From Salinispira sp. (GTDB lineage Bacteria; Spirochaetota; Spirochaetia; DSM-27196; Salinispiraceae): a stretch of DNA of 64,000 nucleotides. A model generated the notes under the pieces. That model was not told the DNA's origin and searched no databases. It saw only the letters and a program-made list of their open reading frames with translations. The stretch is from positions 2,624,001 to 2,688,000 of the forward strand of contig OZ271918.1 in the NCBI GenBank assembly GCA_965602015.1, in the 5' to 3' direction. The translations under genes and the position numbers were made by a program. This document shows positions 37,221 through 46,832 of this stretch, in pieces (position 1 is the stretch's first letter; every line of letters begins with the position of its first letter).

Positions 37221-38000
37221 TTACTCCTTCAGGCCCCGGTAATCCGGCAGGGGATAACGCCTCCGGGCGGAGTTTATCTCCCGATAGGGAATACCATACA
37301 ACTGCCCGAGGGTTTCCGCCGTGAGCACCTCCGCCGGCAGACCGCTGGTTACTATGCTCCCCCTATGAAGACAGCTCACCTGGTCGGCGTATTCGCTGAC
37401 CAGAAGCGGATTATGGCTGGTCAGCACGACGGTAATCCCGTCGGAGGCCAGGTCGGCGAGAATGCGGTGCAGCCTCATATCCCTGGCAGGGTCCAGATGG
37501 CTTTCTGGTTCATCGAGAATGAGCACGCTGGGTTCGGCGCAGAGGCTCCTGGCGATGCTCACCATTTGCTGTTCTCCGCCGGACAGGCTTCGCAGCAGAC
37601 GGCGCGCGAGATGGGATATTTCCAGGCGGGAAAGTACCGATTCGGCTGCCAGTTCATCCTCCCTTCGGGGTATGAACCAGCCCGGTCGACCGGCTGCCCG
37701 CCCCATAAGGACCGCGTCGATTACCGAGTAATTATATGAATGGTCATCCCCCTGGGGGACGTATGCCATAAGCCGGGAGCGCTCCAGACTGTCCAGTTCG
37801 CCGATCGGTCGCCCTGAAAAATATATCTCGCCGGAATCCGGTTCCACATACCCCAAAATCAGCTTGAGAAGGGTGGTTTTGCCGCTGCCGTTCGGTCCGA
37901 GAATACAGTGAACCTCTCCTGAATTTATTTCCAAGGACAGCTGACCAATGACCGGGCTTCCGCTGTCGTAACTAAAGCACAATTTCGAGCAGCGTATCAT
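37221..38000 (-). CDS. ABC transporter ATP-binding protein (FepC/FecE type)
   Basis: GPNGSGKTT, LSGGEQQ, LILDEP; ATG 38000 overlaps the permease stop. Confidence 0.92.
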   Translation of the reverse strand: MIRCSKLCFSYDSGSPVIGQLSLEINSGEVHCILGPNGSGKTTLLKLILGYVEPDSGEIYFSGRPIGELDSLERSRLMAYVPQGDDHSYNYSVIDAVLMGRAAGRPGWFIPRREDELAAESVLSRLEISHLARRLLRSLSGGEQQMVSIARSLCAEPSVLILDEPESHLDPARDMRLHRILADLASDGITVVLTSHNPLLVSEYADQVSCLHRGSIVTSGLPAEVLTAETLGQLYGIPYREINSARRRYPLPDYRGLKE

Positions 38001-38962
38001 GACAGGGAAGCCCCCCGCCTGGTGAGGATGAGGATGAACAACCCGGCGCCCCACAATGAGGTAATGATACCCAGAGGTATTTCGCTCACCAGAAGGCTGC
38101 GCGCCAGGGTATCGGAGGCGATAACCAAGGCGCCTCCAAGAAAGGCGGAGACCGGCAGAAGAGTTCTTCCGTCGGCTCCGGCTATCCTTCTGGCCAGATG
38201 GGGCACCAGAAGTCCCACCCAGGAAATAATTCCGGCGATACTGGTCATTGCCGCGACTCCCAGGGAGGCCAGCAGCAAAAATACCATTCGCTCCGCGGAC
38301 GGCCGGGCTCCGAGGGAAAATCCGCTCAGATCATCGAGGCTGAGGATATTCATCCTCCAGCGGAAAATGAGAATTATCGTCATGCTGACCAGCGACAGGG
38401 CAGCCGGGAGGGGCAGGCGTTCCCACAGGGCGTCGCCCAATCCGCCGAGCATCCAGAAGGTCAGTTCCTGGAGCTGGGAATCCGGATCGGCCAGATACTT
38501 TGCCAGCCCGATTCCCGCGGTCATCAGGGCGGAGACCGCCAAACCGGATATGACCAATCGGATTATCCACCCGCCGAAGCGAATTGCCCGCGCCAGGTAG
38601 AAGCTCAAAAGCAGGCCGGCGGCGGCGAATACCAAAGGTAGTACATGGATGCCCCATCCGGGGGCAAACAGGATAGCGACTGCGGCTCCCAGGGCGGCGC
38701 CCTGACTGACTCCGAGAAACCCCGGTTCGACCAGGGGATTGCGGAGAAGCATCTGAAAAAGAGCGCCGGACAGTCCCAGATTCATTCCCAGCAGCAGCGA
38801 TGCGACAATCCGGGGCGCCCGGAGATTTATCAGAATCCGGGCGCCAAGGCTTCCCGGAGCCAGGTCGGCGGGGTTGGTGAACCCCGGCTGGGGAAACCGG
38901 CCGATGAACAGGGACAGCGCTGCGGCCCCGAGCATCAGGAGACACAGCATCCCGACCCGCAT
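37997..38962 (-). CDS. FecCD-family ABC permease (start uncertain, 38962 or TTG 38992)
   Basis: LRAPRI, QMLLRNPLVEP..LGVS.GA, GIISWVGLLVPH.AR, EIPLGI.T. Confidence 0.9.
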   Translation of the reverse strand: MRVGMLCLLMLGAAALSLFIGRFPQPGFTNPADLAPGSLGARILINLRAPRIVASLLLGMNLGLSGALFQMLLRNPLVEPGFLGVSQGAALGAAVAILFAPGWGIHVLPLVFAAAGLLLSFYLARAIRFGGWIIRLVISGLAVSALMTAGIGLAKYLADPDSQLQELTFWMLGGLGDALWERLPLPAALSLVSMTIILIFRWRMNILSLDDLSGFSLGARPSAERMVFLLLASLGVAAMTSIAGIISWVGLLVPHLARRIAGADGRTLLPVSAFLGGALVIASDTLARSLLVSEIPLGIITSLWGAGLFILILTRRGASLS

Positions 38963-38981
38963 CGTCAACGGGGTTCGAACC

Positions 38982-40085
38982 CTATCGCCCAAAGAGATCT
39001 CCGCTGATACGGGGGCGTATATGCTCGTCGAAGGCGCGTTCGTCGAGATCGTACAGATCGGCGAAAAACATTCTGGCGGATTGCTCCATGTCGGATCCAA
39101 ACCCGGCGTTCTGCAAGGCTCCTGGGTGGAGTATCCGGGCAAACCACTCGGCGCCGAGGATCCAGCGGGTGTCCGCCTGTATCCAGGAGTAAAAGTCCGC
39201 GGGAGCCGCGTAGAGGCGCTGATTTTCCACTGCCTGAAGCTGGCCCCATAATGGCTCAGTCTCCAGAGCCTCACGGTACGCCTCGGCGCTGCTGCGGTAT
39301 GACACCAGAAATATGTACTCCGGATTCCAGGCAGCGATCTGTTCAAACGTGACCTCCGCCCAGCCGTCGGAACCGGCGGCTTCTTCCCCCACCGGCTGAG
39401 CGCCGGCGAGCTGCAGCTGGGTATTCTGGATCCAGTTGCCCGGAGCCACGGCGAGTCTGGGCTCATCGGGGGAACCGCTCACCTGGAGGATCAGGGCCCG
39501 GGGCGAATTTTCCGCAGGACGGGGAACAGAAGATTCGATAATTTCGACCCGTCGGTCGAACCAGGATACGAGCTCCTCGGCACGCTCACCCTGTTGCAAC
39601 AGTGCGCCGACGCGCCGGATATCCATGGCAAAATCAGCGGGGGTTTCAAGATCGAGATAGAGTACCGGAATTCCCAGGGCTTCCAGGGGCTCGCCAAGGC
39701 CGTCGGCCAGATAGCTGCGCAACAGAACGTAATCGGGACTGGTTGCCGCAATCTCCTCCGGGCCGGGGGATCTGCCAAGGCGCTGACGAAGTCGGTGATT
39801 CCCGTCGATGACTTGATAAAAGTCTCCCATGCCCTGGTCGGTGACTCCCAGCGCAACCAGCGAATCGACGGCGCCGGGAAACAGCCCGAGCACGTCAATA
39901 ATCTGAATAAGTCCCCGCCCGGCTGCGGCGATTCTTTCGGGGATCTCCGGTGCGCTTCCGACCTCCGCCGCAGCGCTCTGGCCACCGGTCTCCCGGGAGG
40001 GAGCCGCAGCTATAACGCCGGAAATGACGACCAGCACAATAAAAAATATAAACGCCCCACGCATGGGTCGCGAAGAAGTGCTCAT
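38982..40085 (-). CDS. Type II ABC transporter substrate-binding protein (Fe-siderophore/B12/molybdate class)
   Basis: Signal peptide; EEIAA..PD, LGIPV, EQIAAWNPE, LQAVEN.R.Y. Confidence 0.85.
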   Translation of the reverse strand: MSTSSRPMRGAFIFFIVLVVISGVIAAAPSRETGGQSAAAEVGSAPEIPERIAAAGRGLIQIIDVLGLFPGAVDSLVALGVTDQGMGDFYQVIDGNHRLRQRLGRSPGPEEIAATSPDYVLLRSYLADGLGEPLEALGIPVLYLDLETPADFAMDIRRVGALLQQGERAEELVSWFDRRVEIIESSVPRPAENSPRALILQVSGSPDEPRLAVAPGNWIQNTQLQLAGAQPVGEEAAGSDGWAEVTFEQIAAWNPEYIFLVSYRSSAEAYREALETEPLWGQLQAVENQRLYAAPADFYSWIQADTRWILGAEWFARILHPGALQNAGFGSDMEQSARMFFADLYDLDERAFDEHIRPRISGDLFGR

Positions 40086-40178
40086 ACATGCTCCTGCGGC
40101 CGGACTCTCCAGGAAATTTCCCGGTTAGAGCTTCTGGGGCTGGCCCCCCCGGCCTTTGGTGAATAGTATTATACGGCC

Positions 40179-40811
40179 ATGTCCGAATCAGCGAAAGATC
40201 AATATACCGGCGATAGCAGGCCGGAAAACAGCGTATGCATTATCCTGGCGGCGGGCAGTTCGAAGAGAATGGGCCGGGCGAAGCAGCTCATGGATGCCGG
40301 CGGCATGCCTCTGGTCATGCGGAGCGTGCAGACCGCGCTCAGCCGGTTTTCCCGTGCGGTGGTTGTTCAGGGGGCCGTTGATCTGCGGGCAGCCCTCGAG
40401 CCGGTGATGCGTAGAATTATTTTGGTGGACAATCCGATTTGGGCAGATGGGCAGATGGGTTCTCTCCAGACCGGACTTCGGGCAGCGGAGCAAGCTCAGC
40501 GGTATATGGTGGTTTTGGCGGATCTGCCCTTCATTCGGGCCCGGACCCTGGACCGGCTTCTCGAGCTGGATATTTCCGTGCCTGCGGCCTATCCGGTTCA
40601 CCGAGGCCGACGTGGCCATCCGGTTCTCTTTGGCCGGGAGGCGGCCCGGCTCATTCTGGAGGGCGGGCCCGAAGAACGGGCCATGAAAATCATCATGCCA
40701 TTGCACCCCGCCGAGGTAGAGGTCGATGATCCGGGCATCTACCGCGACATTGATACCCTTGAGGACTATCACAAGAATTTCGGCGGAGAGGTCCCGTGGC
40801 CCGGCAATTAA
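40179..40811 (+). CDS. mocA: Molybdenum cofactor cytidylyltransferase (MocA/YgfJ-like)
   Basis: IILAAGSSKRMG..K.L, GQMGSL..GL, LADLP, GHPVLF, DIDT.EDY. Confidence 0.8.
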   Translation: MSESAKDQYTGDSRPENSVCIILAAGSSKRMGRAKQLMDAGGMPLVMRSVQTALSRFSRAVVVQGAVDLRAALEPVMRRIILVDNPIWADGQMGSLQTGLRAAEQAQRYMVVLADLPFIRARTLDRLLELDISVPAAYPVHRGRRGHPVLFGREAARLILEGGPEERAMKIIMPLHPAEVEVDDPGIYRDIDTLEDYHKNFGGEVPWPGN

Positions 40812-41362
40812 ATTTCTGTTCGTGAAATAACGGCTTGAGAGGGAAGCATCTCACTGCAGAGCCGGTCGGCCAGGGACGGGCGAACCGAAAGTACCAGGTC
40901 TGCGTAAACCCGGCCGTCAGACCCTCCGGCAGATCTACGGGCAAGTGAGATATTCAAAGCGGAAACCAGGGCGGAAAAGCCCCTGCCCTCAAACTCGAGG
41001 GGCCCGATCTCGTCGATGATCACCGGGGGCGACCAGGCGGAATGGAGCTCCATGCAGCGGGAAAACACACGGGAACTGAACAGAAACCGGCGGTAGGCAA
41101 ACCAGGAGCTTTCCGTCGAGCCCGGTGGGCTGGCAAAACCACTGCCGGCCTCCCGGAGAAACGGATGCGACTCGCCGGGCTGGCCGCCCCGGAGAATTAC
41201 GGCGTCATAACCGAGAAACCGACGGTCCTCAAAGCGCTTGACGCTCAGGATGCCGTCGGCTCCATGTTTTTCGGCGAACTTTTTTATGAAGGCGGTCTTT
41301 CCGCTATCCATGTCACCGACGACGAGCTCGATCCTCACCCAAAACCTCCCGATCCGAAGCAA
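40808..41362 (-). CDS. P-loop NTPase, THEP1/DUF2478-like (start possibly GTG near 41337)
   Basis: GDMDSGKT Walker A; VIIDEIGPLE Walker B. Confidence 0.7.
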   Translation of the reverse strand: MLRIGRFWVRIELVVGDMDSGKTAFIKKFAEKHGADGILSVKRFEDRRFLGYDAVILRGGQPGESHPFLREAGSGFASPPGSTESSWFAYRRFLFSSRVFSRCMELHSAWSPPVIIDEIGPLEFEGRGFSALVSALNISLARRSAGGSDGRVYADLVLSVRPSLADRLCSEMLPSQAVISRTEI

Positions 41363-41424
41363 CGGAGGAGGACCGGTGAGGACCGGCTCCCGCGCGACCG
41401 AGTCGCGCCGTGATTCGGAGTGAC

Positions 41425-43008
41425 CTAAAAATCGACGTATTCTATCACTGCGGGATCCCGATATTCCAGGAAGTATACCCGCTCGCCGACCGCGAGATCT
41501 CTGACCGCCAGACGTCCGGCACCTAAGCCTTCCCGCTGGGAAATCAGATTAAGGGCAGCATCAAACTTGTAGATTCCTCCGTCGGATCCTATGACAAAGA
41601 GGTTTCCGTCGCTGTCCACCGCCAGATCGCTGTTCCAGCCAACCTGAAAATCAATGCTGAGGTTATCGCCGGCGGTCGAGAAGCGGTACAAGGTGTCGGC
41701 GCTCGGGGATGCCAGGTATATAAAATCCGCACCGCTTGCGTTGTCCACCGCTACGATATGGGCATCTTCATCAAAATCAAAGCCCTGAACCGAGGCATCT
41801 CGGAATACCGACCAGCTGGTTCCGTCATATTGGATAATGTCGGTAAAGCTCGAACCGCCGTGAAAGTTGCCGGTGGTGAAATAGAGGCTTGATCCGATGA
41901 CTGCGGTATCAATTACTTCACTCAGACTGTCGGCCGGTGCCGCGAGGGTGGTAGCCGAATACGTGGCAGCGGCTGCGGCCAGGGTCCCGTCGGGGTTTAT
42001 GGGATGGACTGCGACCTGGCTGTCGTATGTTCTGTTGACGTACAGGGTATCGCCGTAAAGGTCCACGCCCCCGTACATCACCTGGCCGCCGGTGTAGGTC
42101 AGTTCGGTGGTGGGACTGAGGGTATCGAGATCGAGCCTTCGAACGACTGGAGTTCCCACGTTCTCGCCGTCATAAAACAGGGAATTAGACGCCTCATGAT
42201 ACACCAGCCCCCAGGTATCGCCGTCCATAAATGCCGAATCGTCATACACCTGGCCGTACTCAAATGTGGTAAAGCTGTGGATGATTTCCTCGCTGATGTT
42301 ATCCCCTGCGGCATTCCGGATTCCCGTGGCGAAGCGCACGGTATACTGCTCATTTCCGTACAGTTTGTTATCCGCAGTTCTTTGGTTCGCGGGAACTAGG
42401 AAGCCGATGGCCTGCAGATTCGGATCATTCCCCGTGGCCGTCGCGATATACTCGGTGGTATCTCCTTCCCGGCTGATAAAAACCTGGTTTTCGAAGGATG
42501 ACCATGTCATATTCTCCGAGAAATAAAATATCAACGTGCCGCTAACCGAGGCATCGGTAGCGCCTTCAGGGTGGCTCGAGTCGGTGATGCTGACCAGATT
42601 GCTGCTTGTGCCTTCGACCACGGTGATTCTCACGCTATCGGTAACCGTGTCGAACCGATCAGACACCAAAAGCCTGACGTCATAAATACCCACAACATCC
42701 GGGGAGAAACTGGCCCGGACATTTGCCTGACCAGTAATACTGTCGGACCTCAGGGCTGAGGCCGTGGGAAAAGAAACCAGTTCCCAGAGATACTCAATGT
42801 TGTCGCCGTCGGCATCGCTGCTGTTTCCCCCGTCGAGTTCGACGATGAGCCCGAGCTCAACAGTCTGATCTTCTCCGGCGTCGGCCACCGGTGAAATATT
42901 GGCGCCGACCAGAGTCGTCAGGAAATCACATGACGACAGCAGAGTGATCATCGCAACGGACAGAATGATTGTTGTAATACGAAGGTTTTTACGGGTTTTA
43001 CGGTTCAT
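41425..43008 (-). CDS. Surface lipoprotein: PKD/K319-like Ig domain, Big_5-like domain, beta-propeller-like C-terminus
   Basis: Lipobox LSSC; PVADAGEDQ...LDG..SSDADG...Y.W; FSE.M...L.GN..YTV. Confidence 0.8.
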   Translation of the reverse strand: MNRKTRKNLRITTIILSVAMITLLSSCDFLTTLVGANISPVADAGEDQTVELGLIVELDGGNSSDADGDNIEYLWELVSFPTASALRSDSITGQANVRASFSPDVVGIYDVRLLVSDRFDTVTDSVRITVVEGTSSNLVSITDSSHPEGATDASVSGTLIFYFSENMTWSSFENQVFISREGDTTEYIATATGNDPNLQAIGFLVPANQRTADNKLYGNEQYTVRFATGIRNAAGDNISEEIIHSFTTFEYGQVYDDSAFMDGDTWGLVYHEASNSLFYDGENVGTPVVRRLDLDTLSPTTELTYTGGQVMYGGVDLYGDTLYVNRTYDSQVAVHPINPDGTLAAAAATYSATTLAAPADSLSEVIDTAVIGSSLYFTTGNFHGGSSFTDIIQYDGTSWSVFRDASVQGFDFDEDAHIVAVDNASGADFIYLASPSADTLYRFSTAGDNLSIDFQVGWNSDLAVDSDGNLFVIGSDGGIYKFDAALNLISQREGLGAGRLAVRDLAVGERVYFLEYRDPAVIEYVDF

Positions 43009-43110
43009 ATTTCCCCCAGGTTCTCATCTCCAAACAGGAGTGCAAATTTATTACTATTCCAATCATATATCTCTCAAATAGCAATTTCCAGTGAGATTCG
43101 AAGGAGAAAT

Positions 43111-43136
43111 AAAAAAAAGCGGGAGATTTTCCCGCT
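43111..43136 (-). terminator. Rho-independent terminator of the DEAD-box helicase gene
   Basis: Minus strand AGCGGGA-AAATC-TCCCGCT followed by a T run. Confidence 0.85.
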
Positions 43137-43169
43137 CTGGTGCATTGATAGACTGTTAACCTGTGGACA

Positions 43170-44915
43170 TTATGGTCGCCGGCCCTTGAAGTCGCCGCGA
43201 TGTTTTTTCCTGCCCTGGCGCTTACTGCCTCCACCTTGAGGAACGTACTTCGACGTTTTTCCCCCGCCGCGCCGGTCCGGCTCGGCCTGTACCGGTCGTC
43301 CACGAAAGTGAAACTCGTTAATCTTGGCCAGAACCAGGTCGGCATAATTCCGGTCGATCATAACCAGGGAAAAGCGCTCCTCGATGGTGATTTTTCCGAT
43401 TTCAATGTCACGCATCCGGGTGCTTTCGTTTATTAGAGCGATTATCTGGGGGGGATTGATGCGGTCCCGGCGGCCGAGACTGATTTTAATGGTGAGAAAG
43501 GAATCGTTGCCTTTTCGGCCCCGCCCCTTGAAATCCGGTGATGAACCGTGAAGCCGCCGCTCCTGACCGCCGGAATCCCGATGCTCCGGGGAGGGATTGA
43601 TGTCCGCGGCATTCTGGTAGTAGGAAAGAAAGCGGTTAAACTCCAGGGACACAAAGTGCTTCAGCAGTTCTTCCCTGTCGAAAGCCGCGAGCTTTTCTTC
43701 GATGAGCGCCATGTGCGGCCCGATGCGCTGTTCATCGACCTTCACCTCGTGAACCCGGTCTATGAGGTGAATAAGCTGCTGGCGGCAGATCTGCTCGCCG
43801 GTGGGCACCGGAACCTTGACCACCGAACCCTTCATCATGCGCTCGATGCGCTTGAGCTTACCCTGCTCCTTCATGTGAATAATGGCGACGGAAATTCCTG
43901 TGCGCCCCGCCCGGCCGGTGCGGCCGCTGCGGTGAACGTAATTCTCCGGCTCGTCGGGCAGGTCGTAATGGATCACATGGGTAATGGCATCGACGTCGAT
44001 CCCCCGGGCGGCCACGTCGGTGGCAACCAGTATCTGGATTGTTCGCTCGCGGAAGGATGCCATCACCTGATCGCGCTGGGCCTGGCTGAGATCGCCGTGG
44101 AGGGCAGCGCTGTTGTACCCGTCGCCGGCGAGCTGCTCTGCGGTGCGCTGGGTTGCGGCCTTGGTGCGGCAGAATACGATGCCATAGATGTTGGGACTGT
44201 AATCCAGGAAGCGTTTGAGGGCCTGGTATTTATCTTTGCTGTGCACCATGGCGTAGCGGTGTTCAATGGTGCCCGTGCTGCTGTTGGCCTTCCCGACAGT
44301 AACCTGCCGGGGTTCGCTCATATAGGTTTCAGCAATCCGGGCAACTTCAGGAGGCATGGTGGCGGAAAGCAGTATGACCTGCTTGTCCTCCGGGGTGGAT
44401 TCGAGAATCTGATCGAGCTCCTCTTTGAAGCCCATGTTGAGCATGATATCAGCCTCATCCAGAACCAGCTGATTCAGCGACGTCAGGTCAACGGCGCCCC
44501 GGCGTATCATGTCCGCCAGCCGGCCCGGAGTGGCCACCACCACCTGGCTGCCCCGCCGCAGCGAGCTGATCTGCGAGCGGATATCCGCGCCGCCGTACAC
44601 CGCAGTCACCCGGATTCCCGGAATATTCGCGGAAAAACGCTCCAGCTCGCCGCTGATCTGCAGGCAGAGCTCACGGGTCGGGCTGAGGATGAGGGCTGCG
44701 GGGGCTCCGGCAGCTGAGGGTGCCTTATGGATGATAGGAAGGCCGAACGCCGCGGTCTTTCCCGTGCCCGTCTGGGCAAGGCCGATAAAATCCCGCTTTC
44801 CGTCTTCCAAGAGCATGGGCAGGGCTTTTTCCTGGATTTCCGTTGCTTCCTGGAATCCCATGTCCTGTATTGCCTCGAGGATGGCGGGTTTGAGGGAAAA
44901 TTCGTTAAATTTCAT
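43170..44915 (-). CDS. deaD: DEAD-box RNA helicase with DbpA-type RNA-binding domain (DeaD/CsdA-like)
   Basis: Q motif, AQTGTGKT, PTREL, DEAD, SAT, ARGID, HRSGRTGRAG, basic tail. Confidence 0.93.
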   Translation of the reverse strand: MKFNEFSLKPAILEAIQDMGFQEATEIQEKALPMLLEDGKRDFIGLAQTGTGKTAAFGLPIIHKAPSAAGAPAALILSPTRELCLQISGELERFSANIPGIRVTAVYGGADIRSQISSLRRGSQVVVATPGRLADMIRRGAVDLTSLNQLVLDEADIMLNMGFKEELDQILESTPEDKQVILLSATMPPEVARIAETYMSEPRQVTVGKANSSTGTIEHRYAMVHSKDKYQALKRFLDYSPNIYGIVFCRTKAATQRTAEQLAGDGYNSAALHGDLSQAQRDQVMASFRERTIQILVATDVAARGIDVDAITHVIHYDLPDEPENYVHRSGRTGRAGRTGISVAIIHMKEQGKLKRIERMMKGSVVKVPVPTGEQICRQQLIHLIDRVHEVKVDEQRIGPHMALIEEKLAAFDREELLKHFVSLEFNRFLSYYQNAADINPSPEHRDSGGQERRLHGSSPDFKGRGRKGNDSFLTIKISLGRRDRINPPQIIALINESTRMRDIEIGKITIEERFSLVMIDRNYADLVLAKINEFHFRGRPVQAEPDRRGGGKTSKYVPQGGGSKRQGRKKHRGDFKGRRP

Positions 44916-45029
44916 GATTGCGTCCTTTCAATACACCTGATGCATACGGGTCCGGTTCGTTCCGGCTGCCAGGCTCTGCTGCATCGATGTCCGAAGGGTA
45001 CGCATTGAGTTAGTGTGGTTATTTTTTTG

Positions 45030-45178
45030 TACTGCCCCGAAAACAGCTGATTTAAATCATCTTATCCGTTTGTGGAAGAGGATTTACCCCTGTTTCAATG
45101 CAAGCATCGCCCACGTTCAATCTAGTCGTTCTCACATAATGGTTTATTGCAGTAAAATCAGCTGTTTTCGGGGCAGTA
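45030..45178. mobile_element. MITE-like element, 145 bp, 22-bp perfect terminal inverted repeats, TA on both sides
   Basis: TA-CTGCCCCGAAAACAGCTGATTT ... AAATCAGCTGTTTTCGGGGCAG-TA; no coding capacity; relatives at 1680 and 57482. Confidence 0.7.
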
Positions 45179-45256
45179 CGTAATTTTTTAACTCACAGAG
45201 AGTTAGTGCCGGATGTATACCCCTTCTGCACCGGAAGGTCAAGCGCCCGACCGGCG

Positions 45257-46684
45257 TCAGGGATTGATGATGATATCGATTTCCGCAAAGGCCTGTACGC
45301 CGTTATTATCGGTGACGGTGAGCCGGACAGTCCGGGTTCCAGCAGCAACGTAGGTGTGCTGCACAGAAGCGCCGGTCAGGGCAGGCGAACCGTCTCCGAA
45401 ACTCCACTGCCATTGATCGATGCTACCGTCCGAATCATCAGACGACGAGCCGTCGAACATCACCGGGACTCCGACAGTGCCCGTGTGCCCGTCGGCCGGC
45501 GAGGAAATTATGGCCGTCGGGGGGAAGTTTATATTAATCGATATATCCGCCTGGTCCTGAACGCCGTAGGCGTCCAGCACCGTCAGGACGACGGTGTAGC
45601 TGCCGCCTGCGGAATACCCGTGGGTTACCTGCTCTCCGCTTTTGACAATGCCGTCACCGAAATTCCATTCCCATAATATGATGCCGTCGTCGGGATCAGA
45701 AGACCCGGCGGCGTCGAAGGTGATCGGCGTCGCAATGTTTCCAAAGAAACCGTCGGCAGGCGAGGAAATGACGGCGGTGGGAGGAAGATTTATCCGCGGA
45801 GCCTGAATAAGCACGGTAATGCTGTCAGACGCGATATTTCCCTCGTTGTCCAGAACGCTCAAAACCACCGTATAGCTGCCCGGCTCGTCATAGCTGTGGG
45901 TCGCTGTCTCGCCGAATGCCATGTTCCCGTCAGCAAAATCCCAGATATACTCGCTGATTTCTCCGTCGCTGTCTGCGGATGCCGAACCGATAAAGGTGAT
46001 TTCCCGGCCGACCAGGGTAATTACATCGCTGCCCGCATCGGCTGCCGGGGGGGTCCCAGCGGGGGCCTGTATGGCTATGGTCCGGGATGTGCTGTGTTCG
46101 GCGCCGTCGTCATCGCGCACCGTGAGAATCACTTCATAATTGCCGGAAACTTCGAAGCGATGGCTTGCCGTACGGCCCAGGGCCTGGGAACCGTCTCCGA
46201 AGTCCCAGCGGTAGCTGACAATATCCCCGTCGGCATCCGAGGACGCGCCCCCGTCAAAACTGACCGGAAGGTTGACATAGCTGCTGGCTAGGGCGGTGAA
46301 TTGGGCGTTTGGATGTTCGTTTTCCATGAGCGCCGGAGAAACCGACAGGTAAAGAATGGCGCTTGACTGGGCTCCCTCATTGTCGGTAACCGTTAAGGTG
46401 ACTGTAAATGAACCGGTTTCGGGAAACCGGTAGGTCACGGTTTCTTCAGTCCGCTCGTCGCCGTTGCCGAAATCCCACAAATACCCTTCGATTGTCCCGT
46501 CGGGATCATTGCTTTCTTCGGCGGAAAAGATAAGCTCATCACCAAGGGTGATTGATATTTCATCAGAAGTGAACCCCGTTACCGCAGCCGAAGCGTTGGG
46601 CTTTTGATTGCCGAGGAGATCGCAACTGATCAGGGTAGCGGCGCAGATGATGCACAACGCTGTGTTTCGTACTATTTTTACCAT
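45257..46684 (-). CDS. Lipoprotein with five tandem PKD domains
   Basis: Lipobox LISC; five copies of S.D.DG.I..(Y/W).W.FGDG...G.(Y/F).V.LTV.D. Confidence 0.92.
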   Translation of the reverse strand: MVKIVRNTALCIICAATLISCDLLGNQKPNASAAVTGFTSDEISITLGDELIFSAEESNDPDGTIEGYLWDFGNGDERTEETVTYRFPETGSFTVTLTVTDNEGAQSSAILYLSVSPALMENEHPNAQFTALASSYVNLPVSFDGGASSDADGDIVSYRWDFGDGSQALGRTASHRFEVSGNYEVILTVRDDDGAEHSTSRTIAIQAPAGTPPAADAGSDVITLVGREITFIGSASADSDGEISEYIWDFADGNMAFGETATHSYDEPGSYTVVLSVLDNEGNIASDSITVLIQAPRINLPPTAVISSPADGFFGNIATPITFDAAGSSDPDDGIILWEWNFGDGIVKSGEQVTHGYSAGGSYTVVLTVLDAYGVQDQADISININFPPTAIISSPADGHTGTVGVPVMFDGSSSDDSDGSIDQWQWSFGDGSPALTGASVQHTYVAAGTRTVRLTVTDNNGVQAFAEIDIIINP

Positions 46685-46832
46685 GTGAGCTCCGGACCCC
46701 GTGTTGAGGAGATCTTTTTAAATATAGCCTGAAATGTTCGTAAATTCAGTAACAGATAACCAGGCTCCGACTGTTATACTACGAGACAACAGTCGATTCC
46801 AAGCTTTTTACCATAGACATTCGGAGGTCCTT

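Noticed and set aside
38993..39466. Long N-terminal extension of the FecCD permease ORF
   Set aside because: Alternative-frame overlap with the substrate-binding protein gene; no permease features
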